A stretch of DNA of 42,702 nucleotides from Geosiphon pyriformis uo1 (taxonomy: Eukaryota; Fungi; Glomeromycota), in the NCBI GenBank assembly GCA_016748015.1, contig JAAOMT010000430.1:1-42702 (forward strand), given 5' to 3'. Below the pieces are notes generated by a model. That model was given only the letters and a program-made list of their open reading frames with translations, ran no database searches and was not told the DNA's origin. Shown here one piece after another: positions 27,118 to 38,781 of this stretch. Both the position numbers and the translations under genes were made by a program. Every line of letters begins with the position of its first letter. Position 1 is the stretch's first letter.

Positions 27118-27128
27118 GGAGAAGATGA
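27118..27128 (+). promoter_or_regulatory. Polypurine tract of A2
   Basis: ggagaagatga immediately before the 3' LTR. Confidence 0.6.
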
Positions 27129-27829
27129 TATTATGGTTGAAACTTATAGTTTTTATTAATTACTACATGTATTAATTACTGATATTATATAATTAACCAC
27201 CCTATTTTTAAATAATAATTATTGATCTAATTAATGACCTAATTATTGACCTGATTATTGACTTAATTATTAATCTAATCAATAATCAGATTATTGACCA
27301 CTTTTAATAGCTATATAAGCAATAAGTTTTTCAAATGTACAAAATAATATGTAGTAATTAATCAAAAATAAATAAAATAACAACTATTATTTCAATTTTT
27401 TTTCTATTGCTTATCCTTCTTTTTTTACTTTTAAGTATTTAAACATCTTAGAATAAAAGATTACTTGTTAGCATTTATTTATTCTTTTTTTGATTTATAT
27501 AATTGTGTATTTGAAAATTATTGAATAAAATGTAATTAAAAAGCACATGTAATATCTGATATTAAATTCTAAAAATGCTAATATGAGACATAAAATTATA
27601 TCAATGTGTTATTATTTGTTAATTGTATAAACTATCTTTTTATTTTCAAATTCTCTGGTTATTTTTTGAAAAAAATAGTGACTGAAATATTTTATAAAAC
27701 TAATCTCACATATTAAATTCATATTCATTCAATTTATTTCTTAAAGTTAAATTTCTTTTAATTAATTTTATTATCTTACAACTTTATTCTCTTTTGCTAT
27801 CTGTTAACTTGTTACTCTAACTTATAACA
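27129..27829 (+). repeat. 3' LTR of A2
   Basis: tattatggttgaaac...cttataaca; direct repeat of 20392-21082. Confidence 0.93.
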
Positions 27830-30765
27830 GTAGTAATAATATGTTGTATTATATAAGTTTGTTTAAGAATATTACTTTTTTTTGATACTATTGGGTTGTT
27901 TTTAGCCAACTAATTTTTAATGTCTACTTTTTTTTTTTTTGAGAAGAGTTTTTTTTGTTCTACTATTAATAAATTATATTTTAGACAATTTATTTTCAAA
28001 AAACTTTTGTACTTTTTTTATTTTTTTTTTTGGTATTAAGTTAATTAGTTTTCAATCTTTATAATAAATTAAGCAAAACTTGTATTCATTACTAGAAAAA
28101 TACAATAGTTTATTATACTAATACTAAACACAAAAACTATGCTATTAATAACTGTATTTGATTTTTTTGTCAGGTTTTCTATTAAAAATTTTTTTAAAAA
28201 TATTATAGTAAAACCAACAAATTAGCTTGTTATTTACAATAATTTTTTTCTGTTAACTTTAACATTATTTAGTAACTTGTTATTTTTGGTAAAAATAGTA
28301 TAGATAAGTTTAGCAGTTCTTTTTATTCTTTTTTATTTTTTTATTATTACTATCTTTATTATCTAATTTATTTAATTGTTCTTTTTTTTGGTTTAGCTTA
28401 GATATTAAAAAAGTAATTTAATAGTAATACTTAATTACAATAAACTTTTTATTATATCTTATAATTAGTTTACAAAATTTATAATCAAGCAAGACTTTTG
28501 CTTTTTTGAACTATTTATTGTTAACAATAATAGTGTATTTTTTTGCTTTAGAAACTTTTATATCAGTTTTAATGCTAATGCTATTAATGTAAACAGAAAC
28601 AGCTTTGGCTATACCAAGACTTTTCTTTTTATTATCATATATATTAGTTATAAGCCAAATTAAAAATTCATTAATTTTTTTTTAATTGCTTTAAAAAAGT
28701 GATTGGCAATAACATTAATAAATAATTTACTGTTTAGAATCAAATCAATAAAGTAACCAGTCATTTGGGCTTTGTAAATTAGAAGAGTAATATTATTATT
28801 GTCAGCAAATTCAGCTTGATAAGAAAATTTTTTTGAAATTAAAGATTTGTAAAAATTTTTTTTAATTTGTAAATAAATTATTAATTGGCCAAAAGTAATA
28901 TGTGCTAGAGTTTTTATAAGATCTTTAACAACAAAATAAGACTCAGATTTTTGTACTATTTTTAAGAGTTTTAACTTTGAAAATTTTTTAAAAACTTTAG
29001 CTTTTAGTGGTTTATTATTATTAATAGTAGAAGTTGAGGTTTTGTTAGAATTTAGAATGAAATTAATTTTGGCTTTTTACTTTTTTTTTGTGAATTTAAA
29101 AAGATTAATAGTCAATTTATCTATATTATAGTTATTATTAGTTAAGTTAAAAGTATAAAAGAGGTTTTTTCTGATTGACTTGTACTTTTATTTTTTAATT
29201 AATTTAAAAGCTAATAAACAGTGGCTTTAACAAAAAAAAAAATTTTAAAAAAATTATTATTGCTATAATTAAGTCTTTAATTAGAAACACTATTATTGTT
29301 AAATTTGTTGTTTTAATTATTATTGTTTTTAAATACTGTTGAAAATAAGAGAGAATTGTTGTAATTTTTGAAAAAATATCTAGTTAATTTACAATAATAG
29401 CATACAAATAGACCACAATTTTGTTGTTTTTAATAAAAAAACTGCTAAAATTAATTAAAACAAGATTCAAATCTGAGTTTTTGGAATTGTTGAGTTTTTT
29501 TGCCTGCTTAAACTAAAAATTCTAATAACTGAAAAAGATTGGTTGTAAGTTTATCTATTAATTATTCATTAAAATTTTGAATTTGAACAGCAAAAAAGAT
29601 AACAGCCATTTAAAAAGTAAAAATCAAAATAAAAGCAGAAACAAAAACTAGTAAAATAGATTTCAGATATATTTTTTAATTTTTTTCAATTTTTTAAGCA
29701 AATTCAATAGCTATATTTATTGTAAAATTATTTTTTAAAACCAAAAAACATATAAAAAATTAGTTTTTAATTCTTTAATAAAAGAGTAAATTTTTTGTTC
29801 TTCTGTCTAGTTTTTTTTTTAAAGTTTACTCTTTTAATAAGTTTTCTTATAGCTTTAACATATTTAGTCACAATTTTACCAAGGCCTTGAGTTTTTTTTT
29901 TAATTTTATACACTATTTAGAGATTAAAATAAGAGTTCTGAATTTGATTTCAAACTGAATAGTAAAAAAAGTATTTTTTTCTCCTGTATTTGTTGGTATC
30001 TATCTGGTAATTTTTTGGTAAATACCAATATTAATTTTTTGTAAAAACCAAGTAGCAAGAAAGTCTTAAAAGTAGCCACTAATAATTTGGGATTTGTATT
30101 CTGCATTGTATTAATTGGCAATAACTGCTTTTTAAAAATCATTTAACCATTTAAATAAAAGTAGAAAAATATTGTTTCTTTATCTTAAAACAGTTTGTAT
30201 GTTTTAGAAAATGGCCAAAATATTTTTTTGTATGAGGTCAATAACTATTGGTTCAAAAGTAGCTGTTTGTATAAAATAATTTAATTTATTTAAGAAAAAA
30301 TTAAAAATAGGAACAGTTTGATAACTTTTTTTTTGTTTCAAAAATGGTTTTAGCTAATTAATAAGCAGCAATTTAGATATGAATTTATTGATTTAGATAT
30401 TTAAAGTCAGAAGACTAATGTTTAAAAATTATTAAATATAAAAGCTGATTAATAATATTATTTTTTTCTTTAAGATTGTTTTTAAAGTAAGCTTGGTCAA
30501 AAAAATAAGTTGCATATACTGTATAAATTTTAATTAAGTGTTTATTTAAGAACCAGTTCCAAAAATTTTAGAATTATTTATTAAATTGTTTTTTAACAGA
30601 AAAGCAAATCAAAAAGAAAAGCAGAGAATTAAGTGCAATAAAGTTTATGTCATTTTTGTTGTATGCTTTAAAATATTCTTTTGATTATTATGGCAGATAT
30701 AAATAATTACTTATACAATAAAAAATAAGTGGATTTTAACAAATTTACAGAAAGCACTATTTTTA

Positions 30766-30945
30766 TATTACAAATTAGAGTAATTAGCTAACAGATAGCA
30801 AAAAAAAATATAATTATAAGATGATAAAAATAATTAAAGAGAAAATTACAATAAGAAAATAAATTAAATAAATAAAAATTCAATATACATAATGAATCTT
30901 ATAAAAATTACAGTTGTAAATCTTTTTTAAGAATTAAAAAAAACA
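30766..30945 (-). repeat. Partial 5' LTR of A1, cut by the LINE insertion
   Basis: Matches 13857-14035; adjacent to the reverse-complement PBS. Confidence 0.85.
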
Positions 30946-31074
30946 AAAGATCTTTCTCTTGTCAATCTCTTGACCACAATAAGAGTATTTGTACTGCCAA
31001 AAATTTAGCTTTTCCTTTTTTTTTCCCTCTTGTTACCTTCAGTTATTTCTTTCAACATACTCAATTTTATTGTG

Positions 31075-33030
31075 ATGGAACCAGTAGGCTTTTTTGTTGG
31101 TGGTTTTGTTTTTGGCTTGACTGAATTGGGATCCCAGTTTGGTGCTAAAAAAAAAGTGCACATTGAGAGTATCTACTCTTAGAGTCTTTTATACAAAAAA
31201 TTGAAAAAACCTGATGTTACTGATGTTGTAGTGAATTCATTGGCTGGACCTCTTCCTGGCCATGTTTTGCAGATTGACTGTAGTCAGCATAAAGTGTCTT
31301 GGAATAGCAAAGTAGAAAGTGAAGATGTCAGCATCAATGAAGTGTTTGATATTAAGAACATGAATAATATGATGGCTGAGAAGACAAGTTATATAGACTC
31401 CAACACTTCTGAGACTGATGACATGGTAGACAATACAACTCCTAGGGAAATGTGAATAAGAATCTATGTTTTGAGACAGCTGCTGAAAACACCATTCTTC
31501 AAAAACTTAAATGATGATGATACTAAGTTGGTGCTTCCTGATTTTAGATTTAATGGGTTCAATTGTCTGTCATCTGTCAAATCATATGTTCTAGAAAGAC
31601 ATAGCTTCAAGCCAGTTAGATCATTTACTTTGGACATGAAATTGGCTATTGTGTCTGAAAAAACTAATAGTAATAAACTAATCTTAATCAAAAAATTTTC
31701 TATAAAATTGATGGTTTTGGGAAGCTTCTATTCTCTCAAAAGTCCCAGGGATCATCAAATCTTTCTTTACATCTGAATTGAGTCTGAATAAAGTAAGGAA
31801 TTGGCAATCTGTAAAAAGATTTCAGTAAACAATAATGTTAGAAAGCCAAACAGTCATTTAAATCGGGAAATAATTGTCAAGGAGATCTTAGTTGATCTTC
31901 TCAAATCAGCAGTGGAATTGGTCTTTTCTAAATTTGGTAAGATTGTGTCAATCAAAATACAATTGATTGGTTTATGGCAAAAAGCTTTGATAAAATTTAA
32001 ATTATTTGAAGTGGCTGGTTTGGTTGCTTCCAAGTAGTCTATTTTTATGAGAAAAAATTCTGTGCATGTGGCTTTGACAATTGAAGATAAGCAATCTTGG
32101 GTATTTAGAGATCAGCATAGGGCTTTGCTCTATACTTTACCAGTTAGCATCACTACTCATGATTTGTTTGATTTACTTGATTCATATGGTAGAAAGACCT
32201 GTTTTATTGGTCACAATCTTAGTTCTTATGTATATAACAGATGTGCTGTAGTTTGTTTTGCTGATAAAGCATCCAAGTTGGCTGCTATTAGTTTTGTTTC
32301 AGTTTTTAAGAGTGTAAATTTGTGATGGGCTGGTCTTTCTCTGGCTTGTTGTGCCAAATATAAGCAATTTGGTCATATTTCTGATATGTGTTTAGCTGGT
32401 AGAATTTCTGGAGTTTGTGAGAAATGGGTGGTGACTGATCAAGATCAGATCCATTTGGCTGGTATTTATAAAAAAAAACAAGCCCTTATTGCCCATTTAG
32501 TTTCTTTTGGTGGCAAAACTTGGGCTTAGGTGGCTGGTGGTTTTTTTTTTCATGTGGCTTCTTCAGTTTTTTTTGGTGTTGGTCTGTTTCTTGTTGCTGA
32601 GACCTCTTTATTTGCTTCTGTTCTTTCTGGTAACCATGACTTGTATGGCTGTTTGGCTTTTTTGGAATGCTCTCTAGAACTTTTGGCTAACCAGGTTTTT
32701 GGTATTTTAAAAAAATTGGGTTTTATGAAATTGGTGTCCCTGGCAGTTGTATCTGATATTTCTCTTCTAGTGGTTCCTGTGTCTGTGGTTTCTGGTTTGA
32801 ATTTGGATATGGTTTTAAATGGTGTATCAATAATTTCTACAGCCCCTCCTCCAGTTGTCAATAATACAGCTATTGACTTAAGTTCAAGTAGTTCTAAGAT
32901 TTTGACCACCAAAGTTGGTGGTTTGGAATCTAAAATGGTGGCATTAGAAGTTTCAGTTGAATTTGTTTTAGAAAAATTGGACTGTTTGTGTTCAGGTTTG
33001 GGTTTGTCAGCTTCCTCTACTTTTCAATAA
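31075..33030 (+). pseudogene. LINE ORF1 (RRM-like domains, CCHC knuckle, C-terminal coiled coil)
   Basis: EIIVKEILVDLLKSAVELVFSKFGKIVSIK is RRM-like; CAK(Y)KQFGHISDMC at 32350-32391; KVGGLESKMVALEVSVEFVLEKL heptads; internal stops. Confidence 0.8.
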
Positions 33031-33948
33031 ATGTTTTGGTTTGAAAGATTGCCACATGCAATATTAGGAGCATAAACAATCCTGTAAAACAAGATGATAT
33101 AATTCATTGGGATAAAGAGATGAACAATTTGATTTCTGTTGTTACTAAGACTAAATTAAAGGGTAAAATTTGCCCATAGATTATGAATAAGTTTAATGGT
33201 GTTTGGATTTTCACTTCTGGTCTGGACTCTGGTCATTTGGATTCTGGTGTTGCAATTATTATGGACATTTCTTTGGCAAAACACATGTGTAAGGTTTCTG
33301 AGGTTCTTGGTCAGCTTATCTCTCTCAAACTACTCTTCAAAAATAAACTTTCAGTCTCAATTCTGGAGCTCTATGCTGGTGCTTCTTTGGTGGCTCAGTT
33401 TTCTTAAGCTGGTGATATTAATTTTATGATTGCTAAAGCCATAAATAAATCTACTTTTGTTATTCTGGGTGGTAACTTCAATAAAGATAACTCTCATAAG
33501 TGTGCCAGTTTCAAAAAGTGTCTGGATCTTGGTTTGGTCAATTCCTTAAGTAAATGTTCTTATGTAAATATGCCAACATGGGCTAACTCTTATGGTATGG
33601 CTAAGACAATAGATTTTTTGTTTATTTTTTCGAACTTGGTTAATGCTGTGGTAAGTTGCAATGTGTTTAATATTAGGAAATTTTTTGATACTGATTATCA
33701 GACTATGCCTGTATCTGTGAGTTTGGGTGGACTTTTAGATATGCAGTTAAACTTTATTTGTAAACAGGCAAATAAAGATCATTGGAAATTTGATTTTAAG
33801 AACATAAATGAAATTGTATGGACCAAGTTTAAGAATACTACATTAGCCAATACTGCAATATTCTCTAGTGAATTTGTTGTTGTTATAAAGTTCTCGGATT
33901 TGGATGCTATGTAGAATGTTGTGCACAAGATGATGTGTCTTTTGGCAA
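33027..33948 (+). pseudogene. LINE ORF2 apurinic-like endonuclease domain
   Basis: Motifs IATCNIRS, VTKTK (ETK), SGVAI, LGGNFN (GDFN), PTW, KTIDF, TDY (S/TDH); catalytic residues altered by transitions. Confidence 0.88.
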
Positions 33949-34820
33949 TGTTACAGATGACTATTTCTGGTGTTGGATTAGATAACAAACCCATAACTTG
34001 GTGCTCAAATCTAGTTGCAGTTGATAGTGATCTGAAGGTTTGTGTCTGACAGATTTGTATCCAAAAGGTTTGGTTAAGTTCTTTGTATAATAGACAAAGA
34101 TTCAATGGTAATAGTTTTATCTATAGCTTTCCAAAATCGCAGTTTTGTCAATTTTTTTCTCAGCTTGATGGCTGGTATTCCTTCTGGTAAGCTATCTTTA
34201 ATCGAGTGTTCTACCCTTATTTCTAGGTCTTTTACCAGTCATGTTTATCCTGACGTCAGTACCCCGCGCATTAATCCTCAATAGAATTAGTAAACAACAA
34301 TAAAATCAAAGCAAAAAATAAAGAAAAAAAAAGAAAATAAAGAAAGAAAAGAAATAAGCCAAAGTGATTTACAAGTTAGTATTCCGTCAATAGCCATGAT
34401 CAAGAGCTATTGTTCCAGTATGGTTAAATATCAATTACTATCAACATAAAGTATTGATAGTGGCAGCAGATTTGAGATAACAAACAGTTATTTATTTGTG
34501 GTTTGGAAAGTTGTCTAGATAAAATCTAAACTGAGAGATCTGTTTTTTTTAGCTTTTAATCTTATTGCTATATATACATAATTAAGATTTCTTAATTCCT
34601 TAATTTTTCACAACAAGAATCCTGAGATTTCTGGAATCCTGCAATTTCTTTAAAAGAAATTCTGGAATTCTGGAATCCTGCAATTCCTTGTGAGAATCTT
34701 GTAATTCCTGGAATCTTGCAATTCCTGAGAGGAATCCTGGAATTCTACATTTTACTACATCTACTTCTGATTGGTTAATAACTATGCTAATATATATTCC
34801 CTATATTTCTATGAGTAACA
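33949..34820 (-). repeat. 3' LTR of B2 (872 bp)
   Basis: TGTTAC...GTAACA termini; internal 9-bp ggaatcctg/ggaattcct repeats ~34615-34746; homologous to 18173-19074. Confidence 0.93.
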
Positions 34821-34835
34821 TTATTCTCTCCTTTT
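34821..34835 (-). promoter_or_regulatory. Polypurine tract of B2
   Basis: Minus strand AAAAGGAGAGAATAA abutting the LTR TG. Confidence 0.8.
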
Positions 34836-35562
34836 AATATTGAGCTCTGTCAAAATCTAACTCTGTTAATTTTTTTTCTTGAAGTATTTTCTGAATTTCA
34901 TTTTTGAGAATTACTTGTGTTATTTGAGTCTGTAATTCTTCAAATTGAGTGTTGGTGATCTTTCTTAATTGATTACTGGTAACTGTATCTATTGCTTTAT
35001 TAAGTAAGTTTTCTGGTCGATCCTGAAATGCTGTGTGTATTCAGTATATGGCTTGGGCCTGTATGGATAAGTTGTTCTTTCCCACAAAATGTTCTAATTG
35101 TTGTAGTATTCTTGTATCGAATAATCACTTTGTTTTATCCATATATAGATTCTGAATATTCACATGTTGTTCCAAGTAAAAATAACAATAGTTTCTTGGA
35201 AATTGTTGTATCCACCAATTCCAAGTTTCTTTAGTCAACTCTTGATATAGTGACTCTTTTGTTGACTCTTTTATTGCTAATTTTACTTTTGCAATAATTT
35301 TGTTAATAGTATTTTTTGTTTTCTTCTGTGTTCTATGTAGTGATGTCTTTCTAGTGTTTTAATATTGGATGGTTTGTTGATTAATTGTAATTTCCATTTC
35401 TTGGTGTTGAATCAATTGAAAGAGTTGTTGTGTTAGTGAGTAGATGTTGTCTGTAATTTCTATTTTTCTGAAATTTCTTGTCGCGTTTACTATGTCTTTA
35501 TATATTCTTTTGATAGATTAATTTAACATGTTGTTGTCAATGATGATAATTGGTTCCAGATC
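34834..35562 (-). pseudogene. Extra ~240-aa coding region downstream of, and in frame with, integrase
   Basis: 243 codons with no frameshift and four internal stops (2 TAA, 2 TGA), each revertible by one T>C; conserved at protein level in B1. Confidence 0.75.
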
Positions 35563-36900
35563 TCATGGAATCTCCTCTGGTTGGACTAGTATTTTCTGTA
35601 CTCTTAATTGTAAAATATTACTAGTAGATAGTGGTGTGATGTTGTGGTATAATTTCAGTCGATCTCTATGTGCTGCTTTGGTTAAAATTTTGTTATCCAG
35701 TCTTAATTTGTAAGTTCTATTTCCTGGAATTTCTTCTATGTGAAATGGTCCATCCCATTTGGGGTCGAATTTTTTACTCCATTGTTTTTCCACTTTGGTA
35801 CAATGTAAGAGTACTTTGTTTCCAATCTTGAATTCAACTGGTTTGTCTGGTAGTTGATTATCATGTCTTTCTTTTTGTTTCTCTTGTAACTTTTGTATGT
35901 TATCAGCTGCTCTTTTTTGTTTGTTTTTCAATGTTTCTATTAAGTCATATGTTCTTCTTAACAATGTTTCTTGAAAATTCTCTTCTGTTATTGGTTCAAT
36001 TGGATATGTGTTAACCTCTATCTCAACTGGTAATGTTGCTGTTCTATTGTATATCAATTTAAATAGTGTTGCTTGTGTGGTGTCTTGCTTTATTGTCTGA
36101 TAAGCAAATAATACTGATGATATAAACAAATCCCATTCATCTTGGTTTTCTTGGCTGAGTTTCGCTATTGCTTCACATAATGTTCTATTAAATCTTTTAA
36201 CTAATCTATTGGTTTGTGGATAGTATGGTGATGATAATAGTCTCTTAATTCTGAATCTTTGGCTTAGTTTTGCTAATGTTCTATTCACAAAATGGGTTTC
36301 TTGGTCTGATAATAGTTCTTTTGGACATCTATGTCGACAAATTAGATCTTGATAGATGAATTCGGTAATGAATTCTGCATCTGCTCTTTGAATTGCTTTG
36401 GCTTCTGGCCAGTTAGTAAGATAGTCCATGGCTACTGCAATATATCTGTTGCCTCTGCTGGTAATTGTCAATGGTCTGACTAAATCGATTCTAATATGGT
36501 CAAATGGTTGTCTCACTTTGATTGGTTTCAATGGTTTGCTGGGTCTTGTTTCTCCTTTTCTTTGACAAGCATCACAATTTTGCACATATTGAATGATGTC
36601 TGAATACATTAATGGCTAATAATATCTCTTTCTGGTTTTTTCTATGGTTGCTTCTTTATGAAAATGTCCTGCAGTTGGATCTGAGTGCATGTTGAACAGT
36701 ATTGTCTCCTTTTCTAGTTCTGTAATTACTCTGGTTGGTTGATCTGCATCTTTTCTATTTTTCTGATAAAGTATATTTTGGTGAGTGATAAAATATTTGG
36801 ATTGTTGTTTGATCTTTTTTTGTTCTGGTTGAGATAATTTCTCCTTGAACTGTTGAGTATCTATATAATGTTGAAGTTGTTGATATTTTTGTGTGTTCAT
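35563..36900 (-). pseudogene. Integrase of B2 (HHCC, DDE core, GPF motif)
   Basis: HSDPTAGH...CDAC; RIDLV, LLSDQETHF, QTNRLVKRFN (catalytic E>K); KWDGPFHI...TYKL; one internal stop at ~36616. Confidence 0.95.
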
Positions 36901-36976
36901 CTTTTGTTATATTTTCGTGAGTATTGTTTTGGTTTTGTTATATTTTTGGGTTGAAATGTTCTTAGATTTGTCTCAT

Positions 36977-37335
36977 TTATAACAAACTGTCAGTATTTCT
37001 ATTGTTTTTTCTCTTTTTATAATATATAATATTAGTATATGTTGAAAGAACCATTTTCCATCTTAACTGTCTTTTGTCTCCAAATTCTTGTTTTTGGAGT
37101 GATGTTAATCTTTTGTGATCTGTGTACACCTCAAACTTTTGGCTCAAGTATTCTTTCCATTTCATAACTGCTCAATAAATTGCTAGATGTTCTAATTCTG
37201 GTGTTCTATAGTCTTTTTCGGCTGGAGTCAAATCTCGGCTGGCATATGTGACTGGATGTTCTCTTTCATCCAATCCTCTTTGAGATAGTACTGTTCCCAA
37301 TGCTTGACCTGATGCATCAGTGGTGATAATGAATA
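36977..37335 (-). pseudogene. RNase H of B2
   Basis: ITTDASGQALGTVLSQ...PVTYASRDLTPAEKDY..PELEHLAI...FEVYTDHK. Confidence 0.93.
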
Positions 37336-37415
37336 CTATGATCTGAATAGATCAATACTGAAGTTTAAATAAGCTTTCTTCTTAAGATGTTAAATGCTTT
37401 TTGCTGGGTTTCAGT

Positions 37416-38240
37416 CTATTCATACTTTGCATTTTTGGTTTGAAGATTATTGAGTAGTTGTGCTATCTTTGAAAAGTTCTTTATGAAGTGTCTATAATAG
37501 CTCGCAAATCCCAAGAATAATTTCAGCTTGGTTACGTTGGTTGGTATTGAAAAGTTTTTTACTATCTCTATTTTCTTTGGATCTGTTTTTATGCCATCTT
37601 TGCTAACTATGTGTCCCAAGAATTTTAGTTCTATTTTGTCAAAAAACACTTTGTTGTATTTAATTTTAATCCTGCTCATCGTAGTCTTTCGAACACTTGT
37701 TGAAGATGACATAGATGATCATCGAATGTTTTTGAGAACACATTGGTGTCATCCAAGTATACAACTACTGATTTTCACAATAAGCTGGTATACACGATTT
37801 TTATTAGCCATTGGAATGTAGCTGGAGCATTGGTTAAGCTGAATAGCATAACTTCAAACTCAAAGTTTTCCTCTCTTGTGGTGAATGCTGTTTTTTTTTT
37901 GTTGGCTGGATCCATGGCTACTTGCCAGTAACTACTATCTAAGTCTAACATTAAGAACTATTTGTTTCCACCAAAAGTGTCGAATAGTTCTTGTATCCAT
38001 GGAATTGAATAGCTGTTTCCACGAATTACACCATTGAGTTTCTTGTAGTCTACACAAAATCGGATTTTTCCATTCTTCTTATGAACAAGTACTATTGGTG
38101 ACAACCATGAGCTCATTGATGACTGAATTAACTCATTGTTAAGCATTCGGTTGATCTCTTAATGAATGATTTTATGGCTGGCTGGTGGTACCCTATATGC
38201 TTGCTGTTTGATTGACATTGTATCTCCAGTCTTGATCTGA
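37416..38240 (-). pseudogene. Reverse transcriptase of B2
   Basis: SPIVLVHKKNGKIRFCVDYKKLN, LDL..SYWQV, KTAF, NAPATFQ, YLDD at 37748-37759, FLGHIVS, FLGFASYYR; stops and a frameshift. Confidence 0.95.
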
Positions 38241-38781
38241 TGTTAGATAATATCAGTTTTGCCAAATTTGTTTTCACTGGTGAAGATGTCATTGAAATTA
38301 TTAAGTAACATCTTTAGTTGCATCTGTTGAAATGGGTCTAGATTTTCTATGTTCATCTGTTCCAATTGTTCTGGCTGTAACAGATAACATTTGTTTCGTC
38401 CATAGATGGTTTGTGATGTAATGTCCACATATCCACAAAGCTGTAGAAAATCTGGAATGCTGCTTGGTGCTTGATCTTCAATTTCCATGGTTAAATATCT
38501 GAGAGTGGTTCCTTCCAGTATCTCTACAACATTTCTGGTGTTGTTGTAGATGAAAATTTTGCTATGGTTATGGCTCTTGGCTGGTATGTGTAGATTGATA
38601 AGTCCAATTTCTCCTGATTTACAAAAGGTTGCTTCTGCTTCAAAAATCTGTTCTTGCTCCTTCTCTCTTTTTTCTATTGCTAACATGTATCAGCTATATG
38701 CTGGAATAGAAATTGTTTGACCAGTTGAGATAATTTCTCCTTGGCCAGTAATTTCTTCCTTTATCATATTGACTGGTATAT

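Larger units (their letters stand above)
20392..27829 (+). mobile_element. Full-length but inactivated Ty3/gypsy LTR retrotransposon A2 with 4-bp TSD
   Basis: Two LTRs, PBS, CCHC knuckle, PR-RT-RH-IN order, PPT; flanks atag (20388-20391) and gtag (27830-27833) both derive from GTGG of the host copy. Confidence 0.93.
13857..30945 (-). mobile_element. Ty3/gypsy LTR retrotransposon A1 (decayed, interrupted by nested insertions; RT region deleted)
   Basis: LTRs at 13857-14552 and 30766-~30945 share subtype sequence (cttataaaaattacagttgtaaat). Internal parts are reverse complements of A2: 3' ORF/IN/RH at 14553-16884 (e.g. GQTFNRINIDIV...GNRYIITATNYL), gag-PR at 27830-30765, and a short piece at ~20326-20391. 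Confidence 0.85.
30946..33948 (+). mobile_element. Non-LTR retrotransposon (APE-endonuclease LINE), 5' half
   Basis: Pyrimidine-rich 5' UTR, ORF1, and ORF2 endonuclease; interrupted at 33949 by the B2 LTR; RT half not found in the window. Confidence 0.88.

Noticed and set aside
35563-36609. Functional stand-alone or domesticated integrase gene
   Set aside because: Catalytic Glu replaced by Lys (LVKRFN), HHCC split by a stop, and embedded in a decayed element.
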